From Escherichia phage FEC14, in sequence record MG383452: a stretch of 64,000 nt of DNA; one strand, 5' to 3'. A program made the position numbers and the translations under genes. The notes beneath the pieces were generated by a model. It saw nothing but the letters and a program-made list of their open reading frames with translations, did no database searches and was not told the origin of the DNA. Below, piece after piece: positions 47,084-57,045 of the stretch (positions within the stretch are counted from its first letter, which is position 1; every line of letters starts with the position of its first letter).

Positions 47084-48277
47084 ATGAACAAAACCATCTT
47101 CGATACCCTTTCCCTCGACCGTAATCTGGTTCACTGGGAAGATTATCTCTACAAACACACCCCTTGCGAACTCATTGCCAATCCAGAAACCAATCAGCAG
47201 GTTTGGTTCAAACGTGAAGATTACTTCGCGCCTTTGTCATGCTATATGAATGGCAAGCAGGGGATCAATGGCAGCAAACTCCGTCAGGCCATCTGGCTCA
47301 TGATGGAGCATCTGAAAGCGGGAGGATCCCCAGATCTTATCCATGGTACTGTCGTTGGTAGTCCGCAGTCCCCTATGGCGACGGCAGTCTCACGGCATTT
47401 CGGCGGCAAGACAACCACTGTGCTGGGTGCCACTAAACCAACCACATGCATGAATCATGATATGGTTTCAATGTCAGCATGGTTTGGTAGTGAGTTCAAC
47501 TTTGTTGGATCTGGTTACAATAGCACCATTCAGCCGCGCTGTAAGAAACTCATTGAACAATTAAATCCAAAGGCGTATTATCTGGAATATGGCATTACAT
47601 TGGATCATACCGTTCATTCACCAGAACGCATTGCTGGATTCCATATGCTGGGCGGGGAGCAGGTTGCCAACATCCCTGACCATATTACCGATCTAATTAT
47701 CCCTGCTGGTTCTTGTAACTCATGTACAAGCATCCTGACCGGACTGGCAATGCATCCGAAACCAAATCTGAAGAATGTCTATCTGATCGGGATTGGACCA
47801 AACCGATTAGATTTCATTGAAAGTCGTTTGCGCATTATCGGTAAGCAAGCAAACCTCCCTCACATAACTGATTTCACTCGTCGCTATCACGACAACCCAG
47901 ACTATGTGTATGGTAAGAAGGATCTCCAGCATGCCTCTAAGAGCGTTTCGCTGGCTGGCCTCCTAAGTGGTATCAGGCCAAAGAACGAGCCGGATATCGT
48001 GCTTCCTCGTTTTGAGGTACACCATTGGGATCTTCATACCACTAATTGGGTTCGTTACAACGACCTCATGGATTACCAGTGGGGAGATATTGAGTTGCAT
48101 CCTCGTTATGAAGGGAAGGTGATGACATGGATACAGGAACACAAACCAGAATTGCTTAATGAGAACTCATTGTTTTGGATCGTGGGTAGCAAGCCATATC
48201 TGGAAGCGATGAAAGCTGCTTGTCCTGAATTATCAATACCTGAACATGTCCCTGTGAATGAGTTTGTCCCCAGCTAA
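47084..48277 (+). CDS. putative PLP-dependent enzyme (ACC-deaminase / D-cysteine-desulfhydrase-like fold)
   Basis: N-terminal WFKREDYFAPLSCYMNGKQGINGSKLRQ resembles, from memory, the conserved region of that family that carries the PLP-binding Lys. AGGAGA RBS. Confidence 0.45.
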   Translation: MNKTIFDTLSLDRNLVHWEDYLYKHTPCELIANPETNQQVWFKREDYFAPLSCYMNGKQGINGSKLRQAIWLMMEHLKAGGSPDLIHGTVVGSPQSPMATAVSRHFGGKTTTVLGATKPTTCMNHDMVSMSAWFGSEFNFVGSGYNSTIQPRCKKLIEQLNPKAYYLEYGITLDHTVHSPERIAGFHMLGGEQVANIPDHITDLIIPAGSCNSCTSILTGLAMHPKPNLKNVYLIGIGPNRLDFIESRLRIIGKQANLPHITDFTRRYHDNPDYVYGKKDLQHASKSVSLAGLLSGIRPKNEPDIVLPRFEVHHWDLHTTNWVRYNDLMDYQWGDIELHPRYEGKVMTWIQEHKPELLNENSLFWIVGSKPYLEAMKAACPELSIPEHVPVNEFVPS

Positions 48278-48283
48278 TCCATC

Positions 48284-48316
48284 CTAAATACCCCATACGA
48301 CCAGTGTGGGGTATCT
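48284..48316 (+). promoter_or_regulatory. late promoter CTAAATAcccc plus hairpin plus GGGGTATCT-ATG (plus-strand copy of the tailspike element)
   Basis: atcCTAAATAccccatacgaccagtgtggggtatctATG. Confidence 0.45.
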
Positions 48317-48766
48317 ATGAAAACCTTTCTAGAATTTTATCGCGAATCAACGTTACCTGATTTTACGAATATCGTTTTGTATCATGGGTCTAATGTTGAA
48401 TTCGATATCTTTGATTTTGAAAAATTTGGCCAGACTGACTCTGGTACGATGGGTGCTGGGTTTTACCTGACGGGGGATCCAGAAAAGGCACAGATCTACG
48501 CAGAAAATGCCGTGCGCTATCGTCAATCTGGTGAACCTATTGTCATGGCATTTCGTGTCAAGGCCAAGAAGACTCTTGTAATAGATTCCAACAATGTTTC
48601 GGTGTGGGAAAATAAAATGCGTGAGTTGGGGATAAAGCCTGGTAAGATACATGATAATGTGAAAGAACTTATCAACAAAGGGTTCGATTCCATAGCCTCT
48701 ATGAGTGCCAATAACGTTGAGGAAATGGTGGTGTTTAAGCCAGGGCTGGCGACCAGAGAAGCCTAA
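48317..48766 (+). CDS. hypothetical protein
   Basis: 149-aa ORF directly after the promoter-hairpin element. Confidence 0.5.
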   Translation: MKTFLEFYRESTLPDFTNIVLYHGSNVEFDIFDFEKFGQTDSGTMGAGFYLTGDPEKAQIYAENAVRYRQSGEPIVMAFRVKAKKTLVIDSNNVSVWENKMRELGIKPGKIHDNVKELINKGFDSIASMSANNVEEMVVFKPGLATREA

Positions 48767-48801
48767 ATAGTCCAAAGCAGTTTATTCAAGAGGACATTAC
48801 C

Positions 48802-49260
48802 ATGCCAATTTCGAAATTATTTGAAGCGGATTCCCCAGCAGACATGCCTATTTGGACTGGTGTTCAAGACGGGACTACGATTGAATTCTTTGAGCGCGGG
48901 GAAACAGGTGCTGAAGAGATTTATGCTTCCGTGCAAGGGACAGACGTCGTCCGCGCCGCCGTAGCTCTTGCTACATTTTTAGAGGACGCCCCGATTGACG
49001 GTATCCCGTTTGAAGCCCATGTGGACCCAGAAGACCCGACGTCTATCATCATTACAGTCCAGGGTGCTGAATATACATCTTACAGTATTGAGCACGATGA
49101 AGAAACAGGAGCGCTGTTTATAGCCACGGATCTTCAATTGGAAGATGACGAAATTGAATATCTGAAACAGAATGGTCGTCTCCCTGAATATTCTGATGAA
49201 GAATTGGATTCAGCGTTTGACAACGTAGACGATGATGACGATTTCTGGGACGGGAAATAA
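48802..49260 (+). CDS. highly acidic hypothetical protein
   Basis: 152 aa, very rich in Asp/Glu with a C-terminal DNVDDDDDFWDGK; AAGAGGA RBS. Confidence 0.5.
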   Translation: MPISKLFEADSPADMPIWTGVQDGTTIEFFERGETGAEEIYASVQGTDVVRAAVALATFLEDAPIDGIPFEAHVDPEDPTSIIITVQGAEYTSYSIEHDEETGALFIATDLQLEDDEIEYLKQNGRLPEYSDEELDSAFDNVDDDDDFWDGK

Positions 49261-49287
49261 ACAAGGGGGGCTATTGCCCCCTTGTTT
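49261..49287. terminator. bidirectional terminator (perfect palindromic hairpin)
   Basis: caagggggg-ctatt-gcccccttg between convergent genes. Confidence 0.6.
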
Positions 49288-49831
49288 ATGCTTTGACCTT
49301 TCTTGTTGGATATTGGTTAAAAATTTTGCCGAGTTTCGACACGTTGATGATCGTGTGTGTCTTCCAATATTCAATTCCCTCTGGTGTAGTCACTTCCAGA
49401 ATCGAATAATCCCAGATATGGGAACCCTTTAAGATTGCATCACTGTGCCCACCGATTTTATTTTCTAGTTTAATGATGAATGCTTCATATTGAAATGCAG
49501 CGTTACGACGAGCTTCATCAATAAATCGTTTTTGACGGTCTGGGTCGCGCTTAACAATTTCTGGTTTACCAGGCTGATATGTTGAAGAAACGAGTTGAAC
49601 CAATGAATGATACAATGTGTGTTTAGATTTCATGCTCACGTAATCTGGATGACCAAGTCTTATCCCTACGCTGGACGGCCATGGAGCACAAGCATTAATA
49701 TCCCAGCCGTGAGATTCTAAATCTTCCATGACTTTGTTAATAATATTCGTTGCCGACATGACTGCGGCGTCTTCAGCCTGGGACAACAGAGGCTCAACTG
49801 CGATACGGACAGGAGTTTTTGGCATATTCAT
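49286..49831 (-). CDS. hypothetical protein
   Basis: 181-aa ORF, ATG start. Confidence 0.5.
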   Translation of the reverse strand: MNMPKTPVRIAVEPLLSQAEDAAVMSATNIINKVMEDLESHGWDINACAPWPSSVGIRLGHPDYVSMKSKHTLYHSLVQLVSSTYQPGKPEIVKRDPDRQKRFIDEARRNAAFQYEAFIIKLENKIGGHSDAILKGSHIWDYSILEVTTPEGIEYWKTHTIINVSKLGKIFNQYPTRKVKA

Positions 49832-49881
49832 GATATAGTCCTTCAGTTTTCAAGGTAAGCCCCCGAAGGGGCTTTGTCATA

Positions 49882-50439
49882 TTAGAGGCGGGAATCCAAC
49901 CATGCGTTCTTTTCATTCTGCCATTCCCAAGCGGCCTGACCACCTGCCATGATAACTTCCAGAGAAGGAGTATTGTCATCCTCGCCGCCGTGAAGATCTG
50001 GATCAAATCCATCATCTTCCGGATCATCTTCACATTCGTTCTGATATGCGGAATATTCAATATAATGCGCTTCGGCTTCGCAATCCATGTCTCCCAGAGC
50101 AGTCTCAAGAGTCATTTTACCTTCGGCAATCAGCTCAGCCGTTGCGTCGTCCAGACCTGCGTCTTTCGCTTCAACAAAGAGTTCATGACGTTTCTGGAAG
50201 AGAAAGAATTGCATGGCGGCAGAACGTGAATCAAAGAATTCTTGACGAGGAGCGGTGATATCACGCCCATCAATTTTACTTACCATCACGACACGAGAAC
50301 CGTACTCAACCAGGAAGCGACCGCCTTTTACGGGGTTGCTGCCGTCAACTGTGCCCAAAGTGGTGATTACACGGCCTTCTTCGGTGCCGAACAATACAGT
50401 TTTGCCGGATTTGGATTGAGCGATAATTTCGATTGCCAT
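49882..50439 (-). CDS. hypothetical protein with acidic C-terminus
   Basis: 185 aa from the internal ATG with AAGGA RBS; the track ORF extends upstream to 50619. Confidence 0.45.
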   Translation of the reverse strand: MAIEIIAQSKSGKTVLFGTEEGRVITTLGTVDGSNPVKGGRFLVEYGSRVVMVSKIDGRDITAPRQEFFDSRSAAMQFFLFQKRHELFVEAKDAGLDDATAELIAEGKMTLETALGDMDCEAEAHYIEYSAYQNECEDDPEDDGFDPDLHGGEDDNTPSLEVIMAGGQAAWEWQNEKNAWLDSRL

Positions 50440-50534
50440 GATGTATTTCCTTCTCTTCAGATTGTTGTTTGTTCGTACTACAATTAGAAGTATACGCCAG
50501 TTATTGAAGAAGTAAACTTTATTCAATAAATATT

Positions 50535-50747
50535 TTAATAAATTTTGAATTCTGCTCCTTTGTACACTGCTTTCCCTCGTTCTATGAGGCCGTCGGGGAC
50601 AACCACCTTTGTGGGCCATCCGCCGTCCGGTGCTTTGACAGTCAGGCGTGTCTTATGATCACCCAGCTGAATCTGTTCGTAAATCCTTCCTCTCACTATC
50701 GTCGCCCCGCCTTGGGTAACGAGCAATCTCTTGTTTACCACTTTCAT
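50535..50747 (-). CDS. hypothetical protein
   Basis: 70-aa ORF. Confidence 0.4.
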   Translation of the reverse strand: MKVVNKRLLVTQGGATIVRGRIYEQIQLGDHKTRLTVKAPDGGWPTKVVVPDGLIERGKAVYKGAEFKIY

Positions 50748-50788
50748 TCCTTAACACCAAAAGAAAGGGGAGTTTCCTCCCCTCTAAC

Positions 50789-51361
50789 TTATTTCTTCAG
50801 ATCAGGCCACGCACCAGAGGTCGCAGTAGACCCAGCTGGGGGAGCAGACTCAAGATCGGGAGAACCCGACTGAGTAACAACAGTGGGATCTTTGTTAACC
50901 ACTTTGACCCCAAACTGCTTGAGAGCATCCACAGCTTGCGCCTTCCGGCTGTTGCTTTTGTAATGGTTATACCCCTTGATACCGAATGATGCACTAATTG
51001 CTGTCAATAACGAATAGGTATACCATTCAGGTGCGGTATCGAGCGCCTGGAGGCCGCCGATTACTGCTTTGATGAAATCCCCTTTATGATACTCATCAGG
51101 GAACAGAATTAGTTCCACAACCGGAGCAGTCATGACGAGGATAGCGGGTACGGCCAACACGATAGTCCAGAATTCGTCTTTCCAAGACCCGCCGACTTCG
51201 GTGATCTTAGACAGCTCCCAATCTGAGGAGGACTTGATAGCCTCTAGCTTGACATCGTGTTTTGCCTGAACAACTTCCCGCTTGTATTGGATCAAATCAG
51301 TCCCGAGGTTCCAGAGTTGCTTTAGCGCCCCTGGGATAATACTCACAAAGGGGATTGCCAT
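50789..51361 (-). CDS. hypothetical membrane protein
   Basis: 190 aa from the ATG with perfect AAGGAG RBS; hydrophobic segment FWTIVLAVPAILVMTAPVV; divergent from the DNA polymerase gene. Confidence 0.45.
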   Translation of the reverse strand: MAIPFVSIIPGALKQLWNLGTDLIQYKREVVQAKHDVKLEAIKSSSDWELSKITEVGGSWKDEFWTIVLAVPAILVMTAPVVELILFPDEYHKGDFIKAVIGGLQALDTAPEWYTYSLLTAISASFGIKGYNHYKSNSRKAQAVDALKQFGVKVVNKDPTVVTQSGSPDLESAPPAGSTATSGAWPDLKK

Positions 51362-51440
51362 AATAAACTCCTTGGTCATTGAACGTTCCTCGGCTAAATT
51401 ACGGGGACGTGCTAACGGCACGGTTAACCGGAGACAAACA

Positions 51441-54437
51441 ATGACTGTTTTCTATACGAACGTTGCCCGACAGGGTAACGACCTTCTGATTCGTATTGCA
51501 GACGACAACGGCAATCGCCGTATGTTGCGTAAGAAATTCGAACCCACCTTGTATTTACCCACAGCCGATTATTCCAAAGTTGAAAAGATTGGCCTCCTCA
51601 ATGAACCGTTGGTGTCTAAAAAATTTGCGTCAATGCGTGACGCCGACAACTATCTGGAGGAATATAAGGAGGTCGAAGGCGCTGCCGTTTACGGACAAAC
51701 GGATTATGCATATCAATTCATAGCGCATAGTTTTCCTGGGATGATTACCCCCGATTACTCAAATATTCACATCGCCAACGTGGATATCGAAGTTTTCTCG
51801 GCTGGGTGGCGCGATGGAGAAATGACTAAAGGCCCATTTCCTCACGCGACGATTGAATCCCACACGTTTAAGGGGAGCGAGGCGCGTGTTCGCCGATTCC
51901 ATAAGCAAGTGTTGGCCAACCATGATTTCGTTCGAGAGCATTTCCCAGGTTCCTTTATTTCCAACAACGTGACTGACCAGTTCCCTATCATTGATAGTAA
52001 TGGTAAGATCACACAGAACATGAATGCAGCCTTCCCTATTACGCTCATCCAGCTTCAAGACATGAACACCAACAAGTTCTATGTCTGGGGTATGCCGTGC
52101 TCTAAGGATCGCCATAAATTCAAATATGATCCAAATGATGAAGAGATAGGTGGTCTTGAGGTTGAATACAAAGAATACACTACTGAACAAGAACTTCTTC
52201 GCGCTTTCTTAGATTATTGGTCTGAACGTCAATTTGATGGTTGGACTGGCTGGAACATCGAAACGTTTGATAGCCCGTACTTGGTTGAACGTATTACGCA
52301 GGTTCTCGGCGAAACCCAGGCAGAGCGCCTCAGTCCTTGGGGCAAACTCAAGAAACGTTTCATCAAAGACCGTAAAGGCGACGTGACTTCTTATCAATTC
52401 GTGGGTTGTCCTATGATGGACTACATGCAAGTTTACAAGAAACACACGTACACAACCCGCGAAAAATACTCACTGGATTGGATCGCTTATTGTGAACTCG
52501 GTGAGAAGAAGTTGGATTATAGTGAAAGCAAGTCATTGTATGATCTATATTTTAATGATTATTGCAAACACACCCGATATGGTATCAAAGACGTCAAACT
52601 CGTGTGGCGTTTAGAACAAAAGCTGCGTTTGATACAGCTGATGTTCGTATTGGCGTATCGCACCAAATCTAACTATGAAGACGGTCTTGGGACTGTAGCA
52701 CCATGGCTGGCGATGTGTTACTATCGTCTTTATGAAAAGGGGATTGTCCCTAAAATACAGCGTGTGTATGATGGTCCAACGGACTTTGAAGGCGCATATG
52801 TCATGGAGGTTGCACCAGGGATATATTTCTGGGTATTCTCTGAGGACTTAAACTCCCTGTATCCCCACATCATACAGCAATACAACCTTGGTCCTGAGAC
52901 TATCGTATCTGACAAGCACACACGTCGCGATATCATTGAGTCCATGTGTGAGGAATTAACCAAAGCGATGAATGATATGACAACGCCTATGAACAAGCGC
53001 CGTCATCTCAAAAATCTTCACGACAAGCTGCAGCGTGCTATTGATGAACGCATACAAGTTGTTGATGAATTGGTCGCGCTGGGTGAATTCCATTTTGAAA
53101 CATTACGTCGATATAACGTTTCGTTTACCCCGAACGTTCAGTTCTTCAGTAATGAGAAGATGTCCTTCCTTTCCGAAATTATGCGAGGCATATACGCTGA
53201 CCGTAAAGGAGAGAAAGCAACTGGCCTGAAGTATGAGCAATGGGCTGGTTGGTGTAAGGAAATGTCTAAAGGTGATTTCCACCTTGAATCCGCCATGAAG
53301 TCTCGTTTCTACGATCCTGAATGGTATGAAGAACACAAGCATATCGACCTTGATCACCTGACTGAAGTCATGCACAAGTGGGAAGATTTGGGAGTTGCCC
53401 AAGATACGTTACAACAAGGTCTGAAGATCTTGATGAACGCAGGATATGGTGCAATTTCTAACGTCTGGTTTAAAGAATACTTCAACATCAACATCGCTGA
53501 AGCAATTACCACTTCCGGCCAGCTGATCAACAAATGGAATAAACGACACACCGACGATTACCTCAACAAACTCTGTGGCACCACTGGTCAGGATTTTGTT
53601 ATCGCGGGTGATACTGACTCCAACTACATTTGCATTGAACGCCTGGTCAAGCAATTGTGGCCTGAAGAAAAGGACCATCACAAACTCGTTGATAACATTG
53701 ACCAATGGATCAAAGAGAATTACCAGCCAAAAACCAGTGAATGGGCGCAGTTGTTGTGTAATACCATGAACGGGTTTGAGCAGCGCATGGTCTGGGAACG
53801 TGAGGTCATCGCATCGTCTGCTGTATGGCGAGCCAAGAAGATGTATTGTATGGCAGTATACGATAGCGAAGGCATCAAGTATGAGAAACCAAAGATCAAA
53901 TTCAAAGGTCTGGAAGCGCGTAAATCAACCACTCCTGAGTGGTGTCGTGAGCGTCTGGTTAAATGTTATGAGAAAGTCCTGCTCGGTACTGAGGCAGAGG
54001 TTCAGGAATTAATCGCTGGATACAAAAAGGAATATATGGAACTCACCGTGGATGATATCGCTCAGGCATCTGGTGTGAGCGATATTGAGAAGTGGTTAGA
54101 CGCGAACGGGAATTACATCAGCGGTACGCACTTTGCTGCCAAGGCTTGTATTATGTACAACAAGTTGATCGATAAGCACGAAGATCTCGGTCTTCCCCCT
54201 ATCGAATCCGGTGATAAGGTTAAAATCATCAACCTGAAACCTGGCAATCCTGTGGGGAATGATCGCATAGCCTTCCCTGACTTCCTTCCTCCAGAATTGG
54301 GATTGGATAAATGGGTGGATTACCACACCACGTTTGAAAAGACCTTTATAGAGCCAATTCAGTCTATCTTGGATGTGGTTGGTTGGTCTCATAAACGTCG
54401 AGTTAACCTGTTGTCCATGATGGGCAAGAAAGGTTGA
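51441..54437 (+). CDS. DNA polymerase, family B (T4 gp43-like)
   Basis: Exo I DIEV, motif A DLNSLYPHII, motif B KILMNAGYG, motif C IAGDTDS. Start set at the ATG with GGAG RBS (track ORF begins upstream at 51282). Confidence 0.85.
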   Translation: MTVFYTNVARQGNDLLIRIADDNGNRRMLRKKFEPTLYLPTADYSKVEKIGLLNEPLVSKKFASMRDADNYLEEYKEVEGAAVYGQTDYAYQFIAHSFPGMITPDYSNIHIANVDIEVFSAGWRDGEMTKGPFPHATIESHTFKGSEARVRRFHKQVLANHDFVREHFPGSFISNNVTDQFPIIDSNGKITQNMNAAFPITLIQLQDMNTNKFYVWGMPCSKDRHKFKYDPNDEEIGGLEVEYKEYTTEQELLRAFLDYWSERQFDGWTGWNIETFDSPYLVERITQVLGETQAERLSPWGKLKKRFIKDRKGDVTSYQFVGCPMMDYMQVYKKHTYTTREKYSLDWIAYCELGEKKLDYSESKSLYDLYFNDYCKHTRYGIKDVKLVWRLEQKLRLIQLMFVLAYRTKSNYEDGLGTVAPWLAMCYYRLYEKGIVPKIQRVYDGPTDFEGAYVMEVAPGIYFWVFSEDLNSLYPHIIQQYNLGPETIVSDKHTRRDIIESMCEELTKAMNDMTTPMNKRRHLKNLHDKLQRAIDERIQVVDELVALGEFHFETLRRYNVSFTPNVQFFSNEKMSFLSEIMRGIYADRKGEKATGLKYEQWAGWCKEMSKGDFHLESAMKSRFYDPEWYEEHKHIDLDHLTEVMHKWEDLGVAQDTLQQGLKILMNAGYGAISNVWFKEYFNINIAEAITTSGQLINKWNKRHTDDYLNKLCGTTGQDFVIAGDTDSNYICIERLVKQLWPEEKDHHKLVDNIDQWIKENYQPKTSEWAQLLCNTMNGFEQRMVWEREVIASSAVWRAKKMYCMAVYDSEGIKYEKPKIKFKGLEARKSTTPEWCRERLVKCYEKVLLGTEAEVQELIAGYKKEYMELTVDDIAQASGVSDIEKWLDANGNYISGTHFAAKACIMYNKLIDKHEDLGLPPIESGDKVKIINLKPGNPVGNDRIAFPDFLPPELGLDKWVDYHTTFEKTFIEPIQSILDVVGWSHKRRVNLLSMMGKKG

Positions 54438-54469
54438 TTCAATAAACCAAAGGGGGATATAATTCCCCC
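54434..54469 (+). promoter_or_regulatory. sigma70-like promoter overlapping a hairpin (-35 TTGATT, 17-nt spacer, -10 TATAAT)
   Basis: ggTTGATTcaataaaccaaagggggaTATAATtccccc; the -10 sits in the loop of the gggggatataattccccc hairpin, directly after the polymerase stop. Confidence 0.4.
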
Positions 54470-54497
54470 TGTTATCCCTTTGACAACAGGTATTGTT

Positions 54498-54842
54498 ATG
54501 AAACTCAATAAGATTCTTCTGGTGTGTGCTCTGGCTTTCTCTACCACTGCATGCTCTACCCTTCTGGACGTTGCGTCTACTGTTGACCTCGATGCGCCGA
54601 CGTTCACCAATCAGCAAGCGGTGAATAAGATGGAAGACACCATCAAGGCACATGCGGCTTTGGACAACACCGCTCCTGGTCCGTTGCAAACTGTTTGCAA
54701 TTATGATGATTCCATCCAGGAAGATGAAACCTATCACTGCACCACTTACGTGAAGGAATCTTCTGTGGTTCTGTATGCAGATTGCACAGAAGAGCAATGC
54801 ACCGCAACTGGTTATGATCAAGTGGAGAAGTCTGATGAATAA
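54498..54842 (+). CDS. putative lipoprotein
   Basis: MKLNKILLVCALAFSTTAC: signal peptide ending in Cys with a lipobox-like context. Confidence 0.45.
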   Translation: MKLNKILLVCALAFSTTACSTLLDVASTVDLDAPTFTNQQAVNKMEDTIKAHAALDNTAPGPLQTVCNYDDSIQEDETYHCTTYVKESSVVLYADCTEEQCTATGYDQVEKSDE

Positions 54843-55617
54843 TCATGTTGGTCTGTATGATGCCAATTCTAAAATCGGTGGAATGTATCGTATCCTGGTA
54901 GACGTAGACTTGACTTTGGTTGATAGCCTCTCCCCTTGGGTGGATTGGTTTAATATTTCCAATTCAAAAGCTGCTGCGGAAAACATGGGTTGCCATGATT
55001 ATCCCAATGATTTCCAGCGTATCACCAAAGAGTGCTATATGGCTCATGCTGGTGATTTGGCGATCCTCATGCGGGAACGCGCTCACCCAGCATGGTTGAC
55101 ACGCCGTGTGTTTGTTGCTGGTCAATGGATGGATTCACCTACAGGACGTGATCCTATGGATTGGTGGCGCATGCCGGACCTGTATGCCAAGATGAACCCG
55201 CTTCCAGGCGCTTACGAGTTCCTGGTGAATCTGAAGAAGATCCTTCTCGAAGACTTTGAAAATGTTGAATTGATCGCAGTATCTAAGTGTGAGCCAGAAC
55301 ACGAGCGCAGCAAGCGCCAGTTTGTCTATGACAAGTTCCCTGGCATCTTCAACGGGTTCGTCAGCACCGACGAAAAGCATCTTTTGGCAGGTGATGTTTT
55401 AATTGATGATAACCCGAAATACGTTGAACCCTGTGCGATGAACAATATTTTTGTCATCTTTGTTCCCCAGGGAAATTATGAAAAACTGGATCTTTCGAAC
55501 TCGGAAGATATGCTTTATATTAAACCAGTCGAAGGCCAGAACCACTTCGACTTCCTGAACCGCAATATTGTCGAAGTGGTGAACCGCCTGATTGGCCATT
55601 ATCAATACGTCCATTGA
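54835..55617 (+). CDS. HAD-superfamily hydrolase-like protein (possible nucleotidase)
   Basis: ILVDVDLTLVD matches HAD motif I (DxDxT). ATG overlaps the upstream stop (ATGAATAA). Confidence 0.4.
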   Translation: MNNHVGLYDANSKIGGMYRILVDVDLTLVDSLSPWVDWFNISNSKAAAENMGCHDYPNDFQRITKECYMAHAGDLAILMRERAHPAWLTRRVFVAGQWMDSPTGRDPMDWWRMPDLYAKMNPLPGAYEFLVNLKKILLEDFENVELIAVSKCEPEHERSKRQFVYDKFPGIFNGFVSTDEKHLLAGDVLIDDNPKYVEPCAMNNIFVIFVPQGNYEKLDLSNSEDMLYIKPVEGQNHFDFLNRNIVEVVNRLIGHYQYVH

Positions 55618-55627
55618 GGAGGACATC

Positions 55628-55933
55628 GTGCAAGAACAATCCAAGTTTGGGGAAACCCCAGACAAGCGTTCCGGTGATAGCGATATGGATGGCGTTATTA
55701 TCCATGTGAACAACTTCATTCGTAAACAAACCACACCCACTTCCGTTGGTGCGGCGCTGGAGTTAAAGCGTGTTCTGATAGAAAACGGTATGGCACCAGA
55801 TGACGATGAAATTTTCTATAACTTCGACGACCAGTATAAAGTGAAGTTTGTAGAAAACGATCGCCCACAGGTTGCTGTTTTCTGGTCTCCCTGGTTGGGC
55901 GGTGTGAGCTGGCGTATTGAGGAAGATGCATAA
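55628..55933 (+). CDS. hypothetical protein (GTG start)
   Basis: GAGGAGGA RBS 6 nt upstream of GTG; the track ORF begins at a non-ATG codon at 55592. Confidence 0.4.
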   Translation: MQEQSKFGETPDKRSGDSDMDGVIIHVNNFIRKQTTPTSVGAALELKRVLIENGMAPDDDEIFYNFDDQYKVKFVENDRPQVAVFWSPWLGGVSWRIEEDA

Positions 55934-56838
55934 TGGCTAAAATAATTGTAGTGAAAGGAACAAGTGGCGTGGGCAAGGGTACGAGAGTAGTCCAGTTCAT
56001 CGAATGGCTCCGCACTAAGCTGGAGCCTACTGAACTCACCTACACCATTGGTGACAAGACGCGCCCATTCGGCCTGAAATTCGAAGAGCTGAAGTTAATC
56101 TTCGTCGGCCAGTATACTGTGTCCAACAAATCCGGTCTGGCTTCCTGGACTTCCATGGATGCTATTCATGCTGCCACAGGCTCGGGTGATATCGCCCGTG
56201 ATCTGGTCAAAGGCTGGCTGGCTCAGGGTTACACTTTGGTGTGCGAGGGTGAACCCCTCATGCTATCGGATAAATGGCGTCCTGAATGGATGTTCAAGAA
56301 CTATCCGATTGAATCTCTGGCGTTGCTTTATTTTGCATACCCAGACCGCTATCAGTATGATGCGCGCATCCGTGGTCGCTCTGGTAAGGAAGCGGGGGAC
56401 TCCGGCTGGTCACGCAACGAATCTTACTCCAAGGAGTTTGAGAAGTCGAAGACTGAAATGCTGGCGCTGGGTTGGGAAGTGGTGGTCAATGATTACAGCG
56501 GTCAAGACGTGTTGTATCGCCAATCGTCTACAAACACTCAAGAATTCAAAACAGGAAATGATAGCGAATTAGCCATGATGCCGTTTGATGCACCTTTGTG
56601 GGTGATTGGCAACGCTATTCATCATCAAATGCGTGGTGAGTTTCACGCCATGGGTCTGGACATCAAAGATTTCTACGGATTCTGTGAAACTGACCCAATG
56701 ACGCGTGAAGTCGGTGGGGATGATCCTCTAGCGCATCGAGTCCCTGAGAAGGCGACCAAATCTAAAACCAAGGCGAGCGCCAAGGGAGAGGTAACAAAGT
56801 CCTCTGTATCCCTTCTCGGCCTGTTGAGTAAGGGTTAG
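55933..56838 (+). CDS. P-loop kinase-like protein (candidate DNA/nucleotide kinase)
   Basis: Walker A VKGTSGVGKGT near the N-terminus; 301 aa; GAGGAAGA RBS. Confidence 0.55.
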   Translation: MAKIIVVKGTSGVGKGTRVVQFIEWLRTKLEPTELTYTIGDKTRPFGLKFEELKLIFVGQYTVSNKSGLASWTSMDAIHAATGSGDIARDLVKGWLAQGYTLVCEGEPLMLSDKWRPEWMFKNYPIESLALLYFAYPDRYQYDARIRGRSGKEAGDSGWSRNESYSKEFEKSKTEMLALGWEVVVNDYSGQDVLYRQSSTNTQEFKTGNDSELAMMPFDAPLWVIGNAIHHQMRGEFHAMGLDIKDFYGFCETDPMTREVGGDDPLAHRVPEKATKSKTKASAKGEVTKSSVSLLGLLSKG

Positions 56839-56840
56839 AA

Positions 56841-57044
56841 ATGAAACAGATGTCTAAATATTTTGTGTTCGTCGGATTGGTGATGTGTATCACAGCTGTG
56901 CTTGTCGGTGTCATGAAATATTTGGGCATCGTTGAGTTGGATTCAACCGAAATATTGAACGTTTACGCGTTATATTATTTGGGGGGTGCTATCTTATTAA
57001 CGCCTTTCGTCTATAACATAATTCAGAGTTTCAAAAGGAATTAA
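56841..57044 (+). CDS. small membrane protein
   Basis: 67 aa, mostly hydrophobic (two predicted helices). Confidence 0.45.
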   Translation: MKQMSKYFVFVGLVMCITAVLVGVMKYLGIVELDSTEILNVYALYYLGGAILLTPFVYNIIQSFKRN

Positions 57045-57045
57045 A

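Noticed and set aside
51282-51440. Upstream extension of the DNA polymerase ORF
   Set aside because: It begins at a non-ATG codon, overlaps the divergent minus-strand gene, and a GGAG RBS plus ATG at 51441 gives a conventional start.
51441-54437. Intein in the DNA polymerase
   Set aside because: Polymerase motifs A, B and C and the exonuclease motif are contiguous and no Cys...His-Asn-Ser/Thr/Cys insert is visible.
54452-54469. Hairpins at 54452, 59063 and 62311 as simple terminators
   Set aside because: Each loop carries a -10-like hexamer 17 nt after a -35-like hexamer, so I report them as composite terminator-promoter elements instead.
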